Shown piece after piece: positions 14,096-24,261 of a stretch of 64,000 bases of DNA. This DNA comes from Ginglymostoma cirratum (Eukaryota): contig JAHRHZ010000111.1 in NCBI GenBank assembly GCA_024137785.1, forward strand, positions 13,456,888 through 13,520,887. The letters are read 5' to 3'. The notes under the pieces were generated by a model. That model was not told where the DNA came from and made no database searches. It saw only the letters and a program-made list of their open reading frames with translations. How positions within the stretch are numbered: position 1 is the first letter of the stretch; the number at the start of each line of letters is the position of its first letter. The position numbers and the translations under genes are program-made.

Positions 14096-14676
14096 GGTCA
14101 TGCTCAGTGGTATGGAACTGCATGTAAGAAAGTGGCTGAAGCAAGAACCAATCTATTTTAATCAAATCCAAAAATACAACTTTCTGTAGGCTGGCTATAG
14201 AGCTGCAAACAGAAAAAGCAGTTTTATAAATTATATCGCTGGTTACAATGCATGCAGAAGCTAAACTAAATACAAGTAATATCAATTAAAAGAGAAGTCA
14301 GCCTGAACTATGTAATGTGCCTATTCATTTGAAGTGAGTGAGGTGGGAGGGGGCGAAGGCTCATCTGAAACATTTTAAGAGCGAGAAAATGAACTGGTTC
14401 TGTTTAGGTATATTTAGAAGGCAATTAAATTAATGACATTAAAATGCAGAAAGTGTGTCTTTACCAGACAGACCGACTACAGGTTTCAAGTAAGCGAGCA
14501 GATGGCTCAAATTTAGAATATTAGATAGATGGCAGCCATTACAGCACACTAAACAAAGACTTCAATTTCCTACAAATTTGTAACTGTCACCTGATCTTCT
14601 CAATCTTTTCTCGGGCCACATTGTTGCCACTATTAGTTCTATTAGTAATTATAGAACACCAAAGTTATTTAAATTA

Positions 14677-14830
14677 AGAACAAACATAGAAATTGCTGGA
14701 GAAACTCTGCAGGTCAGAGTTGACGTTTCAAGTCCAGTGACTCTTTATCAGAACTCTTCCACAGACCTGCAGAGTTTCTCCAGTAATTTCTATGTTTGTT
14801 TCTGATCTCCAGCATCTGCTCTTCTTTGTT
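14677..14830. mobile_element. Palindromic Penelope-derived element flanked by direct repeat ttatttaaatta
   Basis: Arms aaacatagaaattgctggagaaactctgcaggtc / gacctgcagagtttctccagtaatttctatgttt; flanking repeats at 14665-14676 and 14831-14842. Confidence 0.7.
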
Positions 14831-16321
14831 TTATTTAAATTAGGTTTGCTATGAATGTTAACTATGGAAAGGGAAGAGCAATAGGACTTTGTAAAATAAT
14901 GAGTGGGATCAAGACAACCTACAAATCCATTGGGTGCCTCGGTTTCTCAGCATATATATTTTAAAATAAATTGGTAAAATAACTTGTTACCGACAAAAAA
15001 GAGTGGCAGATACTGTCATTTTCATGAGCCTTGAGGCAGGTAATGAGTCATCATAAATACGACTGCTGATCTTACAATTCATTGTATAGGTAAAAAGAAT
15101 GAAGCTTCGATTGACTGATTGTAAAGTCAGTAAAGGCAACAAACGAAAAGTCTCTTCAATAAGTAAATTTTACGTGAAAATGTTATAAGGTAAATGGAGA
15201 ATGGTGGTGGGGAACAAGGGTTCAATCAATCTGTTGCTGTAACTTAGGGGCAATTGATGAAATTACCTTTAACAGAACCATTATTCAGCCAATCTTTTGT
15301 AAAGTTATGCTGGAAAATCAGAAAATATTAGAAATTTTACCCCATGTAATCACCTTTACTCATGGAGCAGGTAATTTACAGCATAATGTAATAATGATAC
15401 TTTTGTCATTGGCGTTCAATGTGAAAGTGTTCAAATACCATCATTAAAATTTTAAATTATATTTTAAAAATCTCCTGATCCAAAAACTTACAGCAATTGG
15501 AAATGAAAAGTAGAATTGATTGAAGGCTTGAGTGAACACTACAAGGTCAGAAGGCCTTGCATAACTTTACCCTGTTTAGTCAGACTTACAATGCATTGTG
15601 ATCATTTTTATATTCTGGTGTTCACAGCCTTATCATAGAATCCCTACAGTGCAGAAGTGGTCTGCACCAAACCTCCGAAGAACGACGCATCCAGATTGAC
15701 AATGAGGAGCTTTTATTTTCCACACCAACTTGTAATGCTCTGGAATAAACTGCCTGAAAGGATCCAACAATAACTTCCAAAAGAGAACTGAATAAATACT
15801 TGAAGGGGGAGAAACTACAGGACTTTGGAGAACTGGAAGATGAGTGGGATTAATTGAGTAGTTTTAGCAGTAAAGTTTCTTATAGCACGGAGTGCCTGCC
15901 CAATTGAACACGCTGTATATTTGCAATGTAACAATGTCGAACATCCAACAGGTCATTTTTTAATGGTGGAATCTTTCCAGATTAGACAGATTCAATCAGT
16001 GATAATCACTTTATGGACTTTTATCTACCTACCTAGTCCAATATCTCACTTGACACTTTTCACAGACTTCTTTAAATCATTGTGGAACTGTGAAAAATCA
16101 AAACATTAATTTTTTTCTTTGAGCAAGTGAGCCATTAGCGAGTATTGTGTTCAGCAGTCGTATCTGTACATTTATCTCTGAGTTAGGTGTTTCAACTATC
16201 ACAGAATAGTCATGACTTGAGCTAATGTTAAGGCTGACTCCTCTATAATCTAGACTAGGCATCAGCTCTACTCAGTCCCACAATCTCAAATTTACACAGC
16301 CAAGTTGCTTGGTACACTGTC

Positions 16322-16780
16322 CTACTCAGTAGAATGTGTTGTCAGTCCTAGGTACTGCCTCAGAAATTTGCTATATCTCTTCTGATTGGTCTGTCTATTC
16401 AAATTGCTCCAGTTCCTAACTGATTTTCTGACTCCCATGAAGCCTCCATATCTTTTCTGGAAACTTCTGTTGCCCTCTGCAACTTCTCTGATATGATGTT
16501 TCCTCTCTGTCTCTCGTTGACTGTTGTCCATCTCAGATATGGTCTCATCCCCATCATCATAGGCGTGCACCACACTGCCATTGGGCCACATGGTCTTCAT
16601 GGTTTGAAGAAAGCCCCAAGTGTTTGCCGAGTTGATTCTACTATTGCTTCCAGCATTACCAAAAGACAGGCTTCTGGTTTGAGATGTAGTTACACCCACA
16701 GGTGATGCTGAGGCGATTTTTCTGCAGTCTTCCCAAACGACAGAGGATATAACTTTCCCTTTGCACTGTTGAATACAGAC
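16322..16780 (-). CDS. PNOC-like: Prepronociceptin-like opioid precursor, second coding exon (152 aa + stop)
   Basis: Acceptor gttgttttag at 16782-16781. Reads VCIQQCKGKVISSVVWEDC...QKR-YGGFMGVRKSVRNWSNLNRQTNQ-KR-YSKFLRQYLGLTTHSTE*, the nociceptin + nociceptin-II layout. Confidence 0.95.
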   Translation of the reverse strand, partial: VCIQQCKGKVISSVVWEDCRKIASASPVGVTTSQTRSLSFGNAGSNSRINSANTWGFLQTMKTMWPNGSVVHAYDDGDETISEMDNSQRETERKHHIREVAEGNRSFQKRYGGFMGVRKSVRNWSNLNRQTNQKRYSKFLRQYLGLTTHSTE

Positions 16781-16952
16781 CTAAAACAACAGGAAAAGTT
16801 ACTCAGTGATTGAATGTACCTCTGATTCCTTTAAATTAATAATTTGATTATATCAATCTACAAGTTTTTGCATTCTTATATAGGACTGGGTGTAGACCAT
16901 TATCAAATTAGATCATGACCTTACCCTGAAGTCACGCCTTTGCTTCACCTCC

Positions 16953-16973
16953 TCCCCCCCCCCCCCCCCCCCC
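16953..16973. repeat. C21 homopolymer (G21 on the PNOC-like sense strand)
   Basis: Read directly from the sequence. Confidence 0.9.
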
Positions 16974-18017
16974 GCTTTATCCAACAATAATCGAACAACA
17001 AAACAGAAAATGCAGCATAAACTCAGCAGGTCTGGCAGCATTTGTGGAGATACAAAGGATTACCATTTCAAATCCTATTACAACTTCTTCAGATAGGAAA
17101 TATCCTAGCAGTATTAGTCTTGAAAGATCTAATTGATCCTAGCATCTGGTGCCTTTTGGGAAAGATTTCCAGATTTGCATTAACCATTGTTTGAAGAAGT
17201 GCTTTCTAATTTCACTTATGAACAGTTTAACCCAACATTAAAATTGTTTCCTGGCTCTGGATTCCCCAATTAGAGGGAATGGTTTCCTCAATGTGCCCTA
17301 TTGAATAATTTTATAATTTAAACCCCAAAATCAGATAAACCCCTTAACAATCAAAAATCAAGGGCATCTAAATCAAGCTTTTATAAAATATTATAATTTA
17401 GACCTGGAAGTTTAGTATGATTCCAGTAAATATGAAACCCAAGGAACGGCATTCTCAACTGAATAGTTCTTCAGATGAGGACAATCAAAGCTTTGTACAG
17501 ATCACACATAGTTCTGGTGTTTGTTGTGACCATGGAGCTCATTACTAATTACATGTTAGTGAACAGTTCCAGAAATGACGCTGATGGAACTGATCATACT
17601 TCCACTAAATCGATCCATCGACTGTCTGAAGGAGTCAAGCGCCACACTTTTCATCCTGAACCTAAAGTCCTGTAATTCAGTCCTGCACTCCCACCTTCCC
17701 GCCAGTGGTTGGTGCTAGTGTACTTTGTACAGCCCATACTTGTTAACGTATTCTGAAAGGCTTACGCTGTGGTAGCGCTGTGCTTTGTCTGTCAATGAAA
17801 TTTCTCGGTCCACAGTGAGCCCCTATGTATCTTCTGTTTACGCCTCCTTGGTCTGTATCAACCTCAAAGAAAACAATTTCCCCTTATCTAATCTCGCCAA
17901 CCTTACAATTCGTTACACAATGGATTACAGATCAGATAATACCGTGAGAGACAACCAGTGACAAAACCCCATAAATACAGATTAAAATAGGCATGCAAGA
18001 GGGATACAAAGACTCAC

Positions 18018-18143
18018 CAGTACATTGAAGTGTTGGCGCTGATAGAAGAGTTTGTGACAGGTGAGGCACTCAGCCACACAATCTCCCTGCGAACAAGGAA
18101 CCAAATAAAAGAGCAGTACTAGAGATAGGAGACAGATCTTCAT
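18018..18143 (-). CDS. PNOC-like: Prepronociceptin-like precursor, first coding exon: signal peptide and Cys motif (MKICLLSLVLLFYLVPCSQGDCVAECLTCHKLFYQRQHFNVL); whole exon 18163-18018
   Basis: Not in the ORF track (42 codons). Acceptor ttttttttctttttcag (18165-18164), ATG 18143-18141, donor gtgagt at 18017. Phase-0 join completes the six-Cys opioid precursor domain. Confidence 0.93.
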
Positions 18144-18517
18144 ATTGACTCAAATAGGATGGGCTGAAAAAGAAAAAAAAGTATGTTAAACATTCAGCTG
18201 AAATATCAGTTTCATTTAGTTGCTCTTCAGACATATTAATAACATAGTATATAACTGAAATTCAATGAAGTCTCTTGCGGTGCAATGGTAGTTTCCCTAC
18301 TTCTGGGCCAGAAGGCCTGGGTACAGATCCTATCTGCTCCGGAGGTGTGTAGTAACATCTGTGAACAAATTGATTAGAAAATATCAATAACTGAAATTCA
18401 AATGTGATCTTGGATAAGAGATAAAAGGTACTGCAGATGCTGGAGAATCCGAGATAACAAGGCGTGGGGCTGGATGAACACAGCAGGCCAAGCAGCATCA
18501 TAGGAGCAGGAAAACTT

Positions 18518-18545
18518 GACGTTTCGGGCCTAGACCCTTCATCAG
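18518..18545 (-). ncRNA. Minimal type I hammerhead ribozyme motif, sense to the PNOC-like pre-mRNA
   Basis: Exact reverse-complement copy of 18998-19025. Confidence 0.65.
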
Positions 18546-18571
18546 AAAAAATTTTTTCTGATGAAGGGTCT

Positions 18572-18971
18572 NNNNNNNNNNNNNNNNNNNNNNNNNNNNN
18601 NNNNNNNNNNNNNNNNNNNNNNNNNNNNNNNNNNNNNNNNNNNNNNNNNNNNNNNNNNNNNNNNNNNNNNNNNNNNNNNNNNNNNNNNNNNNNNNNNNNN
18701 NNNNNNNNNNNNNNNNNNNNNNNNNNNNNNNNNNNNNNNNNNNNNNNNNNNNNNNNNNNNNNNNNNNNNNNNNNNNNNNNNNNNNNNNNNNNNNNNNNNN
18801 NNNNNNNNNNNNNNNNNNNNNNNNNNNNNNNNNNNNNNNNNNNNNNNNNNNNNNNNNNNNNNNNNNNNNNNNNNNNNNNNNNNNNNNNNNNNNNNNNNNN
18901 NNNNNNNNNNNNNNNNNNNNNNNNNNNNNNNNNNNNNNNNNNNNNNNNNNNNNNNNNNNNNNNNNNNNNNN
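18572..18971. other. Assembly gap (400 N)
   Basis: Run of N. Confidence 0.99.
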
Positions 18972-18997
18972 AGACCCTTCATCAGAAAAAATTTTTT

Positions 18998-19025
18998 CTG
19001 ATGAAGGGTCTAGGCCCGAAACGTC
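18998..19025 (+). ncRNA. Minimal type I hammerhead ribozyme motif
   Basis: CUGAUGA-A-GGGUC/UA/GGCCC-GAAA-CG-UC: intact core, stem II and GUC cleavage triplet. Confidence 0.7.
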
Positions 19026-20619
19026 AAGTTTTCCTGCTCCTATGATGCTGCTTGGCCTGCTGTGTTCATCCAGCCCCACGCCTTGTTATCTCGGATTCTC
19101 CAGCATCTGCAGTACCTTTTATCTCTCACAGAACAATAAAATCACTTGTTTTAATTAATGCCAGAATGTTCATCTTCTGGCAATTAATTGTGCACTCACC
19201 TTTACTGGCTCCAACCCCGCCTTTTTGACCTGTGTGTCTCCTCTCCAACTATCTTCTTCTTTATCCATCTTCTATCCGCCTCCCCCTCTCTCCCTATTCA
19301 TTTCAGAATCCCCTTCCCCTCCCCCATTTCTGATGAAGGGTCTATGCCCGAAACGCCAAGTTTTCCTGCTCCTATGATGCTGCTTGGCCTGCTGTGTTCA
19401 TCCAGCCTCACACCTTGTTATTTCAAATGTGATCTTGTGGCACAGTGGTAGTGTCCCTACCTCTGGGCCAGAATACCTAAATTCAAGTTCAACCTGCTGT
19501 AGAGGTGTGTCATATCATGTCTGGATAGGTTGATTTAAAATATCTATCACTGAAACACAGATTTCGAATAAATAAAACACTGAACTAATATATTAACAGC
19601 AAGTACTGGAGAAACTCAACATGTCTGCCAGCATCCATGAAAAGGAAAAACAGAGTTAATGTTTTGAGTTCAATATGACACTTCTTCAGGAGTCTCAATT
19701 ATAGCACATATGGAACAACTAAAATACTAACCTCTCTAAAACTAACAGATCCAGAATAATTAAAACACAGCTTTCAATAAGTGACTGCAACAGAACAGTC
19801 CATGTCACCTTCCAATTTTTCTGATCCGAATCTGTCATAATCATTTTTCTTATGCTTGTCCATTTTCCCTTGAAATGCAAAAATATATATCAAACACTCC
19901 TTGAGTCAGAGTTTTACATTTTAGCACTGTTTAGGTGAAGACATTTCTTCTGAACTCCCTATCAATTTCTCGGTGACAACCTTACGTTGCTACCTCTAGT
20001 TCTGTTCTTCTCCACCCTACTAAAACTTTTCATAATATTAAAGGCATTTAATAGATCGTCCCTCAGAATGTTTTTCAAGAGAAAAGCAACCCACATTGTC
20101 AATTCTTTCCTGCTATGTATACTCACTTATACTTTTCTAGTATCATTCTCGTAAATCTTCTCTGCACCCTCTCCAAGGCTTCTATACGCTTTCTTTAATT
20201 TAGTAATTAGAACTGTACGCAGTATTCTGACTCACAGTTTCACAACAATAAAGAGCCTCTCCATTATGGTAAAAATGTGGCAGAGTGGCTGAAACTCTTT
20301 AGTCCTGCACCCAAACATGACACTTGTGCATTTTGTGCATAATCATTCTACGGAGGCAACTGGCTGTTTAAATCACCAGCTGCCTATGGAAGTGGGATTT
20401 TGTTAGCCATTGAAAATGAAACCCAAAGTATAAAGATTAGATCTGGTGAGAGCTGATCTGAACTTTGTGCATTTATTTGGATAGCCACCATGTCCCTTGG
20501 AATCTGCTGCCAAGATGCCTTTGGAGGAGGTGTGGCACACTTAAGAATTGCCTAAAGTGGTCATAAATGTGCATAAATTCACTAACTGCCAAAACCTGTT
20601 AGAAGCACCTGTCAAAACT

Positions 20620-20948
20620 ATCATAGAATCCTTGTAGTGCAGAAAGAGGCCATTCAGCCCATCGTGTCTGCACTAACCTTCTGAAGAGCAACACCCATCA
20701 CCACAACCCAGCACTTACCATGGCTAATCCACTTAGTCTGTACATCACTGGACACTATAGGCAATTTAGTATAGCTAATCTACCTAACCTGCATATCTTT
20801 GGACTGTGAGAGGAAACCAGAGGAAATCCGCACAAACACAGGGAGATCATGCAAATTCCATACAGACAGTTATCCAAGGCTGGAATCAAACCCAGGTCTC
20901 TGGCATTGTGAAACAGCAGTGCTAATCACTATGCCACCATACCGCCCC
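20620..20948 (-). mobile_element. HE1-type V-SINE
   Basis: tRNA head, V-domain gtggattagccatggtaa, CR1-like tail. Confidence 0.8.
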
Positions 20949-22449
20949 AGACTTGTCAGAAGACTGGTGGCAGGGTAATAGGCTGGCAGTAATCTGACAA
21001 AAATGGTCTAATATCATACAGTGGTGTTGCGCCAGGCCATGCCCACACAGTCCACCTCAGCAACAGCCTCCATTCTCATCTGCAGTTACCTCCCAAGTTT
21101 CGAATAACTTCCATACTTTTGAAATCCAACCCTCCAAAAATAAAGGCGAGTGCTCGTTTTTGTGTTTTTGTTTAAATGGCTTTGCAAACCTGTGGCTAAG
21201 CTTTTAAACGGTTGATGCGTTTGTACTTCAAAATCCCTTTGTTCCTCTATCCCAACTAGATTTACACCTTCCAAGTAATTAGTGACCTCCCCTTCTTTGT
21301 GACAATATGTACTGTGACACATTTATGTGTTGAACTTTGTTTGCATATTATTTGCCCTTTCTGTAAGTCTATTAATGTCTTGCTGTAATTTGTTGCAGTG
21401 TTCTGCAGTGTGAAGTAATAAAATATTGAACTTTCTGTAACTAACAGACATAGAACGAATTAAGCTTCCAGCTTTCTAAGACTGGCAGACACAAAACAAA
21501 TACACGCTGCTAGTTCAAGAACTGAAAGATATGGAACAACTAAAACACCCATTTTAACACACAAATCACTGATTTTCCTGTAACCAAATCACTGAATTAG
21601 AACACATAATATATTGACATCTATACAATTTAAATAGATTAAATTACTAAAACATTGTGCATTTAATATCTGAAACACATACAGAACAAATAAAACACTG
21701 CACTTTCTACAAATGTATTTGTACGTAGTCAGGATCACCAGGTTAGGAAAGTGGACAAATGCATGAATAAGTTATGTGGGAAAGAAGAAATGTATTTTGT
21801 GGACTCTGGGAAAGGTAGAAAGAGTAAGTTTGTCTGTCACAAGTACTTTTAAATTGTAAATATCTGGAGAATTTAGGTGGAAAGGTAAATAATGTCAAAA
21901 ATAAAAGGAAGAAAGTAACAGACAGAAATTGTATGTTAGGCACTACAAATTAAAGGAAATCCAAAAAATGTAAAAAACACAAGGTAGGTAAAAGAAATAA
22001 GGAATTTATGAGTAAAATATGAGAGTAGGAGGACTAGTTATGATGTGTCACATAGGTAAATTTTCTTTGTATAAACGCAGAAATGGAGAGATAAATAGAA
22101 CAACCTGCAGATGCAAACTTAACTTGAATCATAGACATAGTGGCCATTACTGAGACACGAGCTGCAAGGTGGTCAGTACTGGGAACTAAATGTTCTAGGT
22201 TATATAATCTTCAGTAAAATTAGGGAAAGTGTCAGTTGTGGAGGAGCTGCCTTAAAGATTAGGAATGAAATTGTTTTGATGATAAGAGTTTGTAATGAGA
22301 GGAAAGAACAGATTTCAAATATACAATTAAGAAATAGAAATGGACTTAATATTATAGTGAGATCTGTGGGACCTTCACCCAAAAGCACCAGTGATGTGGT
22401 AGTGGAACAAATGGAATTTGAACCATGTCTCCAGGTTCAGAGATAGGAA

Positions 22450-23462
22450 CATTTTCATTGCACCTCAACAGGCCCCTTTGTTCCTCAGGGTCTTTTCTAG
22501 ATTCAGCTGTCTTCAGCTGCTTCATCAATGTCCTTCCTCCCACTCGCCACCACACCCCCAACACTCCCATCATAAGATCAGAAAGGGGATGTTCACTAAT
22601 TATTGGCACAATGTTCAGTACCATTCATGACTCCTCAGATACTGAAGCAATCCATGTTCAAATGATATTGTCCAACAAAACGTACTGTCAACCTGGACAA
22701 CTAGGCTTGGGCTGATAGCTGACAAATAATATTCACAAGTGGCAGACAAATACCATATTCAACTTGGGAGAATCTGACCATTGATATCGAATGGCATTCC
22801 CATTGCTGAATTCCCTCATTATCAACATCTTAGAAAATTGAACTAGACATTTAAATACAGAAGTTACAAAAGCAGGTCAAAATGTAGGAATCCTGCAGTG
22901 AGTAACTAACCTTCAGACTCCCTAAAACCTGTCTACCGTCTGAAAGTCACTAGTGAGGAGTGTGATGAAATACTGTCCACTTGTCTGGATAAGTTGGATG
23001 AACTCCAACAATATGCAAGAAGCCTCACACTGTCCAGGTCATTTATTAACATCAGAGCCTCAAACGTCCACTCCTTCCATCACTGATGTGCACTTGCAGC
23101 AGTATGTACCATCTGCAAAATGAATTTCAGAATGTCTCCAAGGATCCTTTGCCAGCACCTTCCTAAACTATAACCACAACCATCTAGAAGTACAAGGGCA
23201 ACAGATACTAATGAATATCACCACCTGCAAGTTCCCCTCCAAGTCACTCACCACCCTGACTTGGAAACATATCATTGTTCCTTTGGCGTTGCTGAGTCAA
23301 AATTCTGGAACTCCTTCTCTAACAGAATTTTGTTTGTCCCTACACCAGGTGGACTATAACATTCAAGAAGACAGCTCACCTGTATCTTCTCAAGGGCCAT
23401 CAGAGATGGGCAATAAATGCTGGTTCTGCCTGTAGAGCCCACATGCAATGAATGAAAAAAGA
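22450..23462 (+). mobile_element. Non-LTR retrotransposon 3' fragment nested in an older + strand CR1 (CR1 pieces at ~22060-22380 and ~26280-27720)
   Basis: HSFHH..ALAAVCTI.KM-like RT C-terminus and gggcaataaatgctgg...aatgaatgaaaaaa tail. Confidence 0.7.
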
Positions 23463-24261
23463 AAACTGGGCACATTAGTCCATGGGTAAAACAATTGAAG
23501 ATCAGTGTAATGTTCAAAAAATAATTTAATGTGATATAAAATCAATTGAAATAGCAAATTGTGATAGTCCGAACTACATAAAGGAAATGTGAAAATAAGC
23601 TTGAAATGAGTATCGAAATTGCACTGTGCTTTTGGTGAAAAGCCATCTATCTTATCTTGAGATGATGGACCTTTTAAAAACTAGGATCCAGTTTCCAATT
23701 TTAAAAAAAAGTTCCAATTATCCAATGACCAAGTTGCCTGAGAGATGCACAACAGAAAACAATTGTGAAAAATAGGTGGGTTCTTTTTCTACAGCAAGTT
23801 GGAGAGAAGAAAACATCTCAGCACACTTCCACTAAAGTATTGAGTATTGGCTAAAAGTATAGTTCTAACATTTATTAACTGAAGGAGTTTGCTAACAATG
23901 AGTTGAATTTCTGGTGCAGGTAAACTTGAGGAGAGAGAGACACACAAGTTTATATACAAAATTTAAAGAATATCAGAACCAGAAAGGTTCTGATTGGAGG
24001 TAAGACCCAGAGACATCTGTGTTGAACAGGGAGTTTGCAACCTTAGCATGCTTGAAGGAGATTTGATGAGCCAATTTATTGTAAATAAATGGAGGGCTCA
24101 AAAAAATCTCAACAAATATACAAATCATTGACACAGTACCCAGAACAAGTGGTTTATATTCCAGGTTTTAATAAGATCTGACTTGATGATTTTAGGGTGT
24201 AAGTCTGATGAAGGTATAAGGAAAGTGGAATTAAGTTATTAAATTTAGAATTGTCATAGAA

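Larger units (their letters stand above)
18413..19421. mobile_element. Young Penelope-type insertion with perfect palindrome and hammerhead motifs, 16-bp target-site duplication; spans an assembly gap
   Basis: TTCAAATGTGATCTTG at 18397-18412 and 19422-19437; 18417-18571 is the exact reverse complement of 18972-19126. Confidence 0.8.
18265..19550 (+). mobile_element. Tandem pair of short tRNA-derived SINEs (~18265-18390 and ~19430-19550) split by the Penelope insertion
   Basis: A-box-like ggtgcaatggtag / ggcacagtggtag and shared tail gttgatt.aaaatatc; third copy at 34364-34484. Confidence 0.6.

Noticed and set aside
18464-19079. Mirror-image 193-aa and 146-aa ORFs
   Set aside because: Artefacts of translating through the N gap inside a palindrome.
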